49,571 nucleotides of DNA from NCBI GenBank assembly GCA_041662625.1, contig JBAZSB010000001.1:1-49571 (forward strand), read 5' to 3'. A program made the translations under genes and the position numbers. The DNA comes from Patescibacteria group bacterium. GTDB lineage: Bacteria; Patescibacteriota; Patescibacteriia; Buchananbacterales; UBA6539. Positions 1-8,380 of the stretch are shown here, in pieces; position 1 is the stretch's first letter, and the number at the start of each line of letters is the position of its first letter. The notes below the pieces were generated by a model. That model was not told where the DNA came from, searched no databases, and was given only the letters and a program-made list of their open reading frames with translations.

Positions 1-1
1 G

Positions 2-757
2 CTTTATACCGGAGAAATTGTCGGCAAAGGTAAAAAGCCGGTAATGGATTTAGCGATTGATCCTTTGGAATGCACTGACAGCGTTGCCTGGGGTCGGTAT
101 AATGCTATCGCGGTAATTGCCGCCGGGCCCAGGGGTTCGCTTTTGCACGCGCCGGACACTTATATGGAAAAAATTGCGGTTGGACCGCAAGCGGCCAAGG
201 TAATCAACCTTAATGCCTCAGCCAAAACCAATTTACAAAGAATTGCTAAAGCTTTAGGTAAGAAAGTCGGCGAGGTGACAGTAGTAGTTTTAGACCGGCC
301 ACGCCATGAAAAATTAATCAAAGAAATTCGTCGGGCTGGTGCCAGGGTTCGCTTAATTACTGACGGTGATGTTGCCGCGGCAGTGGCCACTTGTCTACCC
401 GAATCAGGTATTGATGTTTTGATGGGTATTGGCGGTAGCACCGATGCAGTCCTGGGGGCAGTACCGCTAAAGATTTTCGGTGGCCAGCTTTTAGCCCGCT
501 TTATGCCAAGAAGCGATAAAGATTTAGCCGATATCAAAACTCACTTAAAGAGAGTCGGCATCAAAAATACTAATAAGATTTTTACCGCCAACGATTTAGC
601 TAAAGGTAAGCAATTGACTTTTACTGCCACCGGCGTAATTGAAGGACCAATTCTTCCCGGTGTCAACTTTCGAACGGATAAAATTATTACCCATTCGGTA
701 GTTATCCGCGGTCAGTCCGGAACCGTCCGCTATATTACGACTCATCATCATCACTAA
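2..757 (+). CDS. glpX: Fructose-1,6-bisphosphatase class II (GlpX family), 5' end outside window
   Basis: The reading frame is open from base 2 (LYTGEIVGKGKKPVMDLAIDPLECT...), so the listed ATG at 44 is internal. Overall similarity to GlpX (DPLE.T, GIGG..., ITTH C-terminus). The protein ends in a natural HHHH. Confidence 0.85.
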   Translation, partial: LYTGEIVGKGKKPVMDLAIDPLECTDSVAWGRYNAIAVIAAGPRGSLLHAPDTYMEKIAVGPQAAKVINLNASAKTNLQRIAKALGKKVGEVTVVVLDRPRHEKLIKEIRRAGARVRLITDGDVAAAVATCLPESGIDVLMGIGGSTDAVLGAVPLKIFGGQLLARFMPRSDKDLADIKTHLKRVGIKNTNKIFTANDLAKGKQLTFTATGVIEGPILPGVNFRTDKIITHSVVIRGQSGTVRYITTHHHH

Positions 758-761
758 AACT

Positions 762-1709
762 ATGATTGTCTCAACCAAAAAATTATTTGAACATGCTTAT
801 GGTAAATATGCCATTGGCGCTTACAACATTAATAATGCCGAACAGACCATGGGTTTATTTCGTGGTAACTTGGATAGCCAGGCGCCGTTCATTATCCAAA
901 TTTCTAAAGGCGCCAGAAAATATACGGACAAACGAATACTGGAAGCGATGATTCGGGCAGCGGATGAAATTTTTCCTAATGCCATCTTCGCGGTTCATTT
1001 GGACCATGGCGACGAAGAAGCTTGCTACGATTGTATTAATAGCGGTTTTTACAGTTCAGTAATGATTGACGCCAGTGATAAACCATTTGCCGAAAATATT
1101 GCTATCACTAAACGGGTGGTTGAGGCGGCCCATGCCAAGGATATAGCTGTTGAAGCCGAGCTGGGCCAGCTGGGCGGGGTGGAAGAAAACATTTCTATTG
1201 CCGAAAGTGATGCTAAGCTAACCGATCCCAAGCAAGCCAAAGAATTTATTGAAAAAACCGGCATTGATAGCTTGGCCTGTGCTATTGGCACTAGCCATGG
1301 AGCTTATAAATTTTCCGGCAGCCAAGGCTTGCATTTTGAAGTGATTGAGGCAATTCAAAAATTAGCGCCGGGCTTTCCCTTGGTAATGCACGGCTCAAGT
1401 TCGGTGCCCAAAGATGAAGTCGACCGGATTAATGCGGCCGGCGGGGCACTCAAAGGTGCTAAAGGCGTTGATGAGACCCAGTTTGCCAAAGCGGCAAAAA
1501 TGGGAGTAACCAAAGTTAATATTGATACTGACGGCCGGCTAGTTTGGTGCCGGGTCCACCGGGAAGTGTTCCGCGATCAGCCCGAAGTTTTTGACCTGCG
1601 CAAGCCGGGAGAAATTTTTATGAATGAATATGCTAAGTATATTGTCCATAAAAATGAAATGCTTGGTAGTGCCGGCCAGCTGGAAACGGTCAGGCAATTC
1701 CTAAAATAA
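762..1709 (+). CDS. fba: Class II fructose-bisphosphate aldolase
   Basis: 315 aa with HLDHGD and GTSHGAYKF motifs typical of class II FBA/tagatose-bisphosphate aldolases. Starts 5 nt after glpX. Confidence 0.9.
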   Translation: MIVSTKKLFEHAYGKYAIGAYNINNAEQTMGLFRGNLDSQAPFIIQISKGARKYTDKRILEAMIRAADEIFPNAIFAVHLDHGDEEACYDCINSGFYSSVMIDASDKPFAENIAITKRVVEAAHAKDIAVEAELGQLGGVEENISIAESDAKLTDPKQAKEFIEKTGIDSLACAIGTSHGAYKFSGSQGLHFEVIEAIQKLAPGFPLVMHGSSSVPKDEVDRINAAGGALKGAKGVDETQFAKAAKMGVTKVNIDTDGRLVWCRVHREVFRDQPEVFDLRKPGEIFMNEYAKYIVHKNEMLGSAGQLETVRQFLK

Positions 1710-1789
1710 GTACCTCATTTGTTATTTAAGAAAAATTAGCTGAAATAACAAAAAGGGGCTTTCCCCTTTGTTTTATTTGGTGATTTTTT

Positions 1790-3553
1790 ATGAAAGATAA
1801 TACTAAAAAAACTTTTAAGATTTTTTGGCAATATTCCCTGAAACATAAAATTTCCGGGCTGATTATGGTAACTTCAGTAATTGTGGCGTCGAGCTTAGAT
1901 ATTGTTGTCCCCTTGTATTTCAAGCAGTTTTTTAATACCCTAGCCAGTGGCTCACCCAGCGAACTTTTGGCCAAAAGTTTAGTTTTGATTTTATTAAGTA
2001 TTGCCACTTTAGAATTTATCCAGTGGATTTTTTGGCGCTTTGCCACTTTTTCCGATAGTTATTTCACCGCCAAAATTGCCGCCGATATTTCTAATTATTG
2101 TTTTGCTTATTTACACCAGCATTCTTTTGCCTATTTTAACAACAACTTCGTTGGTTCACTGGTCAAACGGGTTAAATGGTTTGTTAAAGCTTTTGAAACG
2201 ATTGCAGACCGGGTCGTCTGGAGTCTGCTGCCCTTGATGGTAAATATTTTAGTCATTGCTTTAGTTTTATTCAAAGTTAATATTTGGCTTTCTTTGGGTG
2301 TAGTAATTTGGGTGGTGGCCTTTTTGGCGATTAACTGGGTTTTTACTAAATATAAACTAAAATATGATATCGCCCGAAGTGAAGCGGAAACTGCCACAAC
2401 TCGAGTTTTGGCTGATACGATTACCAATAACGTCAATGTTAAACTTTTTAATGGTTACTGGCGGGAAATAAAAGGTTTTGCCAAAGTGACTGAGGAATTG
2501 CGCCAAAAGCGGATGTTTACTTGGACGCTGGGTAATATTATTGAAGCGGTCCAAGGCTTTCTGATGGTTGGTTTGGAAATCGGGATTTTTTATTTGGCAA
2601 TCAAACTTTGGGTGAGGGGAATTTTAACGATTGGTGATTTTGTTTTAATCCAATCTTATTTAGTGACGATTTTTATGCGGACTTGGGAATTTGGTCGGGT
2701 GATCAGAATTATTTATGAGAATTTGGCTGACGCCGAAGAAATGACAGTAATTTTGAACCTGCCCCATGAAATTAAGGATATCCCTAATGCTAAAAAATTA
2801 GTGGTAAAAACCGGAAAAATTGAGTTTGAAAATGTCATTTTTAATTACCACGAAACCCGGCGCATTTTGAATAATTTTAATTTAACCGTAAAAGCCGGCG
2901 AGCGCTTAGCTTTGATAGGACCATCAGGGGCCGGTAAAACTACGGTGATCAAATTATTGCTGCGGATGTATGATGTTACGGGTGGCCGAATTTTAATTGA
3001 TGGCCAGGATGTTTCCAAAGTTACCCAAGAAAGCCTTTGGCAAAATGTCAGTTTGGTTCCTCAAGATCCGATTTTATTCCACCGAACTTTAATGGAAAAT
3101 ATCCGTTACGGTAAACCAAAAGCCTCTAACCAAGAGGTGATTAAAGCCGCCCAAGCCGCCCATTGCCACGAATTTATCAGGAGTTTTTCTGAGGGTTATG
3201 AGACTTATGTTGGTGAACGGGGAGTTAAACTATCTGGCGGTGAACGTCAACGGGTAGCTATCGCTCGGGCGATTTTGCGCAACGCACCAATTTTAGTTTT
3301 GGATGAAGCAACTTCCAGCCTTGATTCTGAGTCAGAATATTTTATTCAGGATGCTTTGGATAAACTAATGAAGGGTAAAACTGTCATTGTGATTGCTCAT
3401 CGGCTTTCAACGATTCGAAAAATGGATCGGATTATTGTTATTAGCGAAAAAGGCATTATTGAAGATGGCACCCACGAGGAATTACTTAAAAAAGATAGCG
3501 GCCTTTATAAAAAATTATGGCATTTACAAGCCGGCGGCTTTCTTAAGTATTAA
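1790..3553 (+). CDS. ABC exporter, fused permease/ATPase (MsbA/multidrug type)
   Basis: 587 aa with an N-terminal 6-TM region. Walker A GPSGAGKTT, ABC signature LSGGERQR, Walker B ILVLDEATS. Confidence 0.9.
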   Translation: MKDNTKKTFKIFWQYSLKHKISGLIMVTSVIVASSLDIVVPLYFKQFFNTLASGSPSELLAKSLVLILLSIATLEFIQWIFWRFATFSDSYFTAKIAADISNYCFAYLHQHSFAYFNNNFVGSLVKRVKWFVKAFETIADRVVWSLLPLMVNILVIALVLFKVNIWLSLGVVIWVVAFLAINWVFTKYKLKYDIARSEAETATTRVLADTITNNVNVKLFNGYWREIKGFAKVTEELRQKRMFTWTLGNIIEAVQGFLMVGLEIGIFYLAIKLWVRGILTIGDFVLIQSYLVTIFMRTWEFGRVIRIIYENLADAEEMTVILNLPHEIKDIPNAKKLVVKTGKIEFENVIFNYHETRRILNNFNLTVKAGERLALIGPSGAGKTTVIKLLLRMYDVTGGRILIDGQDVSKVTQESLWQNVSLVPQDPILFHRTLMENIRYGKPKASNQEVIKAAQAAHCHEFIRSFSEGYETYVGERGVKLSGGERQRVAIARAILRNAPILVLDEATSSLDSESEYFIQDALDKLMKGKTVIVIAHRLSTIRKMDRIIVISEKGIIEDGTHEELLKKDSGLYKKLWHLQAGGFLKY

Positions 3554-3650
3554 ATAATCTGGCGGGGTAAACCCTCTTTTGGCTTCTAGTTTAAAATATG
3601 CTACAATTTCTAGTGAGGGACGCCGCACCTTCTTTCGGCGATAATAAACG

Positions 3651-4406
3651 ATGAAAAACAAAAATACAATTAAACAAATGATTCCCATTATCTTTGCCTT
3701 AGGCATTGAAATTCTTGTTCTAATCTTTATATTTTTAGTTTTAGCGGTTGGGGTTTTAGGAATATTTTTGCCATTTTTACCGGGCTTGGTTCTTTTTGGA
3801 ATCGGTGCCGGTGTCTACTCGTTATTAATTAGAAGTAATTATGGCGTATTAACTCCTAAAATCCATCGTCATTTACTTTTCAACCGAGACAAATTTTTTG
3901 GTTTAAAAATAACTAAAAAAATTATGGGGTTAATAAAAAATTTCAAAAACCGAAAACAAGAAAAAGTCAAAGAAGAAATTTTAAAAAATGGTCTAATTTT
4001 GTTAGGTTTTAATCTGGCTTTAATTTTTGCTTTCTTTTTCGGATTTATTTGTCTTTCTCTTCTGGGCTCGTTACTAATGGTTGGAGAAGTGTTTGCTGCC
4101 TTTATTCCCTTGGTCGTAATTTTTATTTTTGCCGGAGGCAGCGCTTTAGTTTGGTTTCGGTTCGGTCAAATTTTGAGTTTACGCTTTAAAAAGAAAAAAG
4201 TTTTGAATTCCGCTTTGGTGGTTTTAATTTCGGTTTTACCCCTGCTGCTAATTTTGATTTTGCTTTCGGCTATTCTTAGTTTTACTGGTGGGTTCAATAG
4301 CGAAATTTTAGTTATTACCTTTTTAGGCTTTTTACTAATGTCAATTCTAGCGGCGGTTTTTGAATTGTTAGTTGTTAGTTTTGGAGTAATGGCGCCGCTT
4401 AAATAA
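3651..4406 (+). CDS. Polytopic membrane protein, unknown function
   Basis: 251 aa with multiple long hydrophobic segments and AT-rich host-like codon usage. No recognisable catalytic motif. Confidence 0.6.
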   Translation: MKNKNTIKQMIPIIFALGIEILVLIFIFLVLAVGVLGIFLPFLPGLVLFGIGAGVYSLLIRSNYGVLTPKIHRHLLFNRDKFFGLKITKKIMGLIKNFKNRKQEKVKEEILKNGLILLGFNLALIFAFFFGFICLSLLGSLLMVGEVFAAFIPLVVIFIFAGGSALVWFRFGQILSLRFKKKKVLNSALVVLISVLPLLLILILLSAILSFTGGFNSEILVITFLGFLLMSILAAVFELLVVSFGVMAPLK

Positions 4407-4407
4407 T

Positions 4408-4782
4408 ATGTTTTTTTTGACCTTGGAAGGCAAGGTTAATGTTGGTCGGAGAAAGGGACGAAAATTAGGTTTTCCGACGATTAATATTAATGTCCCCACT
4501 GTCATTAAGACAAGTCAGTGGGGAGTTTATTTTTCTTTGATTAAAATTGGTGACAAGTTTTATCCGGGCGTAACCCACCTTGGCCCGCCGAAAACTTTCA
4601 GCCTGAGCCGAGCCACTTGTGAAACCCATCTTTTAACTTTCCGGCAAGATTTGTATCATCAGGCGGTGGAAAAAAGACTCATCTTTAAGTTTCGTGAGGT
4701 TGAAAAATTTCCTTCCATTGGTCGATTAAAAAAACAAATGAAAAAAGATATCAAAGCGGCCAGAAAATTTTTTGGATTATAA
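4408..4782 (+). CDS. Riboflavin kinase domain protein (stand-alone RibF C-terminal-like domain)
   Basis: 124 aa with GRRKGRKLGFPTININ ... GVY ... ETHLL ... DLY, matching the riboflavin kinase fold motifs. Starts 1 nt after the upstream stop. Confidence 0.65.
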   Translation: MFFLTLEGKVNVGRRKGRKLGFPTININVPTVIKTSQWGVYFSLIKIGDKFYPGVTHLGPPKTFSLSRATCETHLLTFRQDLYHQAVEKRLIFKFREVEKFPSIGRLKKQMKKDIKAARKFFGL

Positions 4783-4788
4783 TAAAAT

Positions 4789-4983
4789 AAATTCTAAACG
4801 AAAAAATTTAGATAAATCAAAAGTGAAAATTACAAATTCAAAATCTTAAATCCCAAACAAATTCAAATGTCCAAAACTCAAAATTATAAACTACCAAGAT
4901 TAGTGTTTTTGATGTTGTGATTTGGAATTTGTTTGGAGCTTGTAATTTGGTGCTTGGTGCTTAAACGTTAGTGTTTAGAATTT
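4789..4983. repeat. Long imperfect hairpin repeat H1 (CA-rich arm, then GT-rich arm)
   Basis: aaattctaaac (4789-4799) pairs with gtttagaattt (4973-4983). ccaaacaaattcaaat pairs with tttggaatttgtttgg. The right arm ends ttggtgcttggtgctt, which is shared with H2 and H3. Confidence 0.7.
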
Positions 4984-5015
4984 GTAATCTTAGATTCAAG
5001 ATTTATAATTTATTT

Positions 5016-5936
5016 ATGAAACAGCTAAAAATTATTGGGCCCTTATTTATTATCATTGCCGCTTCCCTTTGGGGTTTTGATGGAATTGTTTTAAGACCAG
5101 CGTTGTATAGCTTACCCGTACCGCTGGTTGTTTTGGTTGAGCATGGCCTGGCTTTTTTTCTGATGCTACCCTTCTTTATTAAAGAAGCCAAAGAAGTCAA
5201 AAAATTAAAAGCCCCTGACTGGGGTGCATTTTTCTGGGTTGCCATTTTTGGTGGTGCTTTGGGAACAATGTTTATCACTAAAGCACTTTTTTATGTTCAG
5301 TTTGTTAATCTTTCTGTTGTTGTTTTAATCCAAAAGCTCCAGCCGGTTTTTGCTTTATTACTGGCAGCTTTGATTTTGAAAGAAAAATTACCCAAGAAAT
5401 TTTTTGGCTGGGCGGGGCTGGCCATTGTAGCGACTTATTTTGTCGCCTTTCCTAATTTTTTACCGAATTTTGCCACGGGTGATAAAACGGTGGCCGCAGC
5501 TTTGTTTTCTTTAGGCGCCGCTTTTGCTTTTGGGTCATCAACAGTTTTTTCCAAGCGGGCTTTACAAAAGGTCAGCTATCGGCTGGGCACTTATCTTAGG
5601 TTTGGTTTAACGACAGTTTTAATGTTTTTTATTACTTTGGGTTTTGGTGATTTAGGAGCAGTGACCCAAATCACTTCGAAGCAATTTTTAATTTTTCTGG
5701 CAATTGTTTTTTCTTCTGGCGCTGCCGCGATGTTTTTGTATTATTATGGTCTAAAGTGGGTCACCGCGTCAGTCTCAACAATTTGTGAATTAGCTTTTCC
5801 GCTTTCGGCAATTATATTGGAATTTTTAATCCGGGGGCGCCTGTTAACTTGGTCGCAGTGGCTTGGGGCGCTAGTTTTGTTTGTGGCGATTTACCAAGTA
5901 TCGACGATTCAGCAAAGAATGGCAAAGTCAGCCTAG
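5016..5936 (+). CDS. EamA/DMT-family transporter
   Basis: About 10 TM segments with the duplicated EamA-like architecture. Start moved to the ATG at 5016 (MKQLKIIGPLF...), because the listed 4971 start translates the H1 repeat. Confidence 0.8.
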   Translation: MKQLKIIGPLFIIIAASLWGFDGIVLRPALYSLPVPLVVLVEHGLAFFLMLPFFIKEAKEVKKLKAPDWGAFFWVAIFGGALGTMFITKALFYVQFVNLSVVVLIQKLQPVFALLLAALILKEKLPKKFFGWAGLAIVATYFVAFPNFLPNFATGDKTVAAALFSLGAAFAFGSSTVFSKRALQKVSYRLGTYLRFGLTTVLMFFITLGFGDLGAVTQITSKQFLIFLAIVFSSGAAAMFLYYYGLKWVTASVSTICELAFPLSAIILEFLIRGRLLTWSQWLGALVLFVAIYQVSTIQQRMAKSA

Positions 5937-5948
5937 AATTATTAGGAT

Positions 5949-6013
5949 CAAGAAAACAAGAAATCAAAAAATCAAAGCTAATCTTGACTTGATTTATTGA
6001 TTTCTTGTTTTTT
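5949..6013 (+). terminator. Hairpin plus T-run terminator after the EamA gene
   Basis: aacaagaaatcaa... pairs with ...ttgatttcttgtt, followed by tttttt. Contains the 19-mer caagaaatcaaaaaatcaa, also present at 40841-40859. Confidence 0.6.
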
Positions 6014-6016
6014 AAA

Positions 6017-6058
6017 ATAAAAAAAATTACGCCGAGTCAACCTTGCGGTTATCTCGGC
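6017..6058 (-). terminator. Rho-independent terminator of GC-rich cassette A
   Basis: Minus strand reads gccgagataaccgcaaggttgactcggc, then gtaa, then T8. It is preceded by three further GC hairpins (6063-6075, 6090-6109, 6125-6141). Confidence 0.6.
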
Positions 6059-6146
6059 GCATCCCCTTAACGGGGCACAGTGTGCATTCAGGGTCTCCTC
6101 CTAGACCCTAACTTGTTTTCCTTCGCCACGCCGGCCGTGGCTTACC

Positions 6147-7322
6147 TTACTCGGTGTCCGCGCTTTCGGCGTCGCCCAGAACCGCTTCCAACAAGTCGCG
6201 CATTCCACTGATTTGTGGCGCGCGGTACTCATCGAGGTAGCGTCGCAGGACCGCTGCCAACTCCGGCGAAAGGATTAGCGCACCTTCCTCCAGGGCGGCG
6301 TTGACCACACTCGGGTTGGCCAAGACCTTTTCGACTAAGGTCTGGCTTCCCAAAGCGGCCGTGACGAATTCCGGTTTGGCCAAGGCAGCCGTCACGAATC
6401 CCTGAAGTTTCAGGGCGTCCGCGACGAATTCCCGTTGGGCTAAGGCGGCCTCGACGAATTCCCGTTGGGCCAGGGCTTTCTCGACGAACGACTTGTTGGC
6501 CAATGCCGTGCAGAAGACGCAGTCTTCGGTCCTCTTTACGCGCAGGATTTGCCACTGGTTGTGGAGAAACAACACAATGGCTTGGCCATTCTTGACCGCG
6601 CCCAGCAGCATATCGTCGACGGCGTCGACCGCCCGCCCCCTGGCCGCTTCAATCATGTCGACCAACAGTGGGGCCTGGGCCTTGAGTCTGTCGAGGGCAT
6701 TGCTCTTGCCATCAACTTCCTTTGCCAGCGAGTCGATGGCCTGTTGCCGGTCAGCCAGCAGTTTGCCTTGGCCTTGATCGTGGAGAGCGACTCGGGTGCC
6801 CTTGGCAGTTTGCAGGTAATACTGTCCCTTGCTCCCCTCGGTTTCGCCGCTGCTGAAGATGACTCGGACGCCATCCTTTACTGCCGTGGCGAGCTGGCCG
6901 CCCTCGAGTTGGGAGAGGTCGAATGCCAGCTCCGTCCGCTTCCGCGCCAGCTCCGTTTTCAAGCCCGGGACTTCTTCTTCCAGTGAGTCCAACGCGCCTT
7001 GATCGCGGTCCCGCCGCTTCTCGTACGTGAGGACATCCTCAAGCAGGCCCTGTACGTCCGCGTCCACCTGGTCTGCCGTGATAGGTTCAAGGCTTTCGAT
7101 TGTCCGGACCGCTTCGTCCGGGGTTCCTACGGGAATGATCTGGACCCGGCTAAGGCCCGGTTGCCCGAGCAGCAATTCTGCCCGGTTGGCATGTGCCTCG
7201 TTCCAGACCTGTCGGCCGAGCTGGAGCACCTCGAGGATGTGTTGCTGCTCCTCTTGGGTGCCCATGACGGCTATTTTCGCGATCCTTCCTCCGCTTCCGC
7301 TGTTTCCTTCCTGACTTGTCAT
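6147..7322 (-). CDS. GC-rich hypothetical protein (391 aa) with a C-terminal decapeptide-repeat array
   Basis: Long ORF in a GC-rich block. Start chosen at the internal ATG (MTSQEGNS...) preceded by aaaggga. The listed GTG start at 7406 lies in AT-rich leader. No family recognised. Confidence 0.6.
   Translation of the reverse strand: MTSQEGNSGSGGRIAKIAVMGTQEEQQHILEVLQLGRQVWNEAHANRAELLLGQPGLSRVQIIPVGTPDEAVRTIESLEPITADQVDADVQGLLEDVLTYEKRRDRDQGALDSLEEEVPGLKTELARKRTELAFDLSQLEGGQLATAVKDGVRVIFSSGETEGSKGQYYLQTAKGTRVALHDQGQGKLLADRQQAIDSLAKEVDGKSNALDRLKAQAPLLVDMIEAARGRAVDAVDDMLLGAVKNGQAIVLFLHNQWQILRVKRTEDCVFCTALANKSFVEKALAQREFVEAALAQREFVADALKLQGFVTAALAKPEFVTAALGSQTLVEKVLANPSVVNAALEEGALILSPELAAVLRRYLDEYRAPQISGMRDLLEAVLGDAESADTE
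6282..6506 (-). repeat. 7.5 tandem 30-bp repeats encoding ALAxxEFVxA decapeptides
   Basis: Protein reads ALANKSFVEK ALAQREFVEA ALAQREFVAD ALKLQGFVTA ALAKPEFVTA ALGSQTLVEK VLANPSVVNA ALEEG. The DNA units gacgaattcccgttgggc... recur. Confidence 0.75.
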
Positions 7323-7417
7323 ACTGTGTCCCTTTCTGTTCTGTTTCCTTCTGCCAAACTTCACACAAAATGTGAGCACTGTACAAGACGTTGTGTTTTT
7401 AGACACAACATCGATTT

Positions 7418-7446
7418 ATCTTGGCATAATTATTGTGAATTGTCAA
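7418..7446 (-). promoter_or_regulatory. Putative sigma70-type promoter of cassette A
   Basis: Minus strand TTGACA-attcacaataattatgc(17)-CAAGAT. Confidence 0.4.
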
Positions 7447-7469
7447 TGATTATAAAAATATGTTATAAT
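7440..7469 (+). promoter_or_regulatory. Orphan + strand promoter (candidate sRNA start)
   Basis: TTGTCA (7440-7445), 18-nt spacer, TATAAT (7464-7469). No CDS follows before the hairpin/T7 at 7521-7582. Confidence 0.4.
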
Positions 7470-7654
7470 ATAGATTGTCAGCGGTCTTTAAGGCTGGTGA
7501 TAACTAAGCTATTTATTTATGCCTAAAGGTAAAAATGGGACCAAGTTGTTTTTGAAATTTTTACTTTAATTAGGCTTTTTTTATACCTAAAATTTTAATT
7601 TAGAGGTTTGGTGCGGGGCGAGATTTAAAGCAGATTTAGATATTATTGTTAAAT

Positions 7655-7762
7655 ATGGATAATAAAAATAAAAAGATATTAATTATTGAAGATGACCCCA
7701 TCACCAAGCCCACGATTAACTATTTAGAGATATTTAAATCTAATCCGCGCGGAGTCGCCTAG
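7655..7762 (+). pseudogene. Duplicated 5' fragment of the response-regulator gene
   Basis: MDNKNKKILIIEDDP... parallels the start of the intact gene (..KKILIIEDDK) and then runs into unrelated sequence and a stop. The upstream box ttggtgcggggcgaga is repeated as ttggtgaggggcgaga at 7801-7816. Confidence 0.45.
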
Positions 7763-7844
7763 CGGCTTAGGATTGTTTAAAGATTAGTTCGATATTCGGC
7801 TTGGTGAGGGGCGAGAAGAGTGTATTAATTATATTTAAAGAAAT

Positions 7845-8231
7845 ATGGGTTCCAATCCGACCAAAAAGATTCTTATTATTGAAGATGATAAATTCCTGGC
7901 TAAGATGCTTGGCCGGATGCTTGAATCGCATAATTATGAAATTATCATGGCCAGCAACGGCAAAGAGGGACTAATTAAAGCTTCAAGTAATGATATTAAT
8001 TTAATTTTGCTGGATATGATGTTGCCCGATATTGCTGGTTTTGATTTATTGGAGACAATCAAAGGTGATGATAAGACAAAAAAAATTCCGGTTATTATTA
8101 TTTCTAATTTGGGCCAGCCGGAAGATATGCAGCAGGGGCGACGGTTGGGAGCAATTGATTATTTAGTGAAAAGTAATATGAGTCTTGATGAGGTGGTGGC
8201 AAAAGTTAGAAAATATTTACCTGTAACATAA
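7845..8231 (+). CDS. Single-domain response regulator (CheY-like receiver)
   Basis: 128 aa with IIEDD ... LLDMMLPD ... receiver motifs and no output domain. Confidence 0.85.
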   Translation: MGSNPTKKILIIEDDKFLAKMLGRMLESHNYEIIMASNGKEGLIKASSNDINLILLDMMLPDIAGFDLLETIKGDDKTKKIPVIIISNLGQPEDMQQGRRLGAIDYLVKSNMSLDEVVAKVRKYLPVT

Positions 8232-8264
8232 TACTAATCATAAATTAGCATTATATTTATGAAT

Positions 8265-8380
8265 CCTGTTAGAAATTGCTATTACACTGATTACACTCTA
8301 ACGGGTAAAAAGAAACAGAAATATTATCTAACTAATTAATAAATAGGGAATGGTTTCGGCCATAAACTATTTCTAACAGG
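8265..8380. repeat. Inverted-repeat element (CCTGTTAGAAAT ... ATTTCTAACAGG)
   Basis: 12-bp perfect inverted repeats at 8265-8276 and 8369-8380. The right arm abuts the pilB ATG. Same end motif as 37771-37868. Confidence 0.6.

Noticed and set aside
745-757. C-terminal HHHH on GlpX as a possible engineered His-tag.
   Set aside because: Only four His are present, they are contiguous with native sequence (ITTHHHH*), and no linker or vector sequence follows. This is most likely natural.
6229-7526. Multiple overlapping ORFs on both strands inside cassette A (for example 6229..6555 -, 6465..6986 +, 6999..7526 +).
   Set aside because: These are typical shadow ORFs of GC-rich DNA. Only the 6147..7322 minus frame has an SD, a terminator and protein-like repeat structure.
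7741-7800. tRNA-like fragment (gcgcggagtcgcctagcggcttagg ... agttcgatattc).
   Set aside because: I could not build an acceptor stem, a D-stem or a T-arm with the canonical GTTCRANYC. No cloverleaf is possible.
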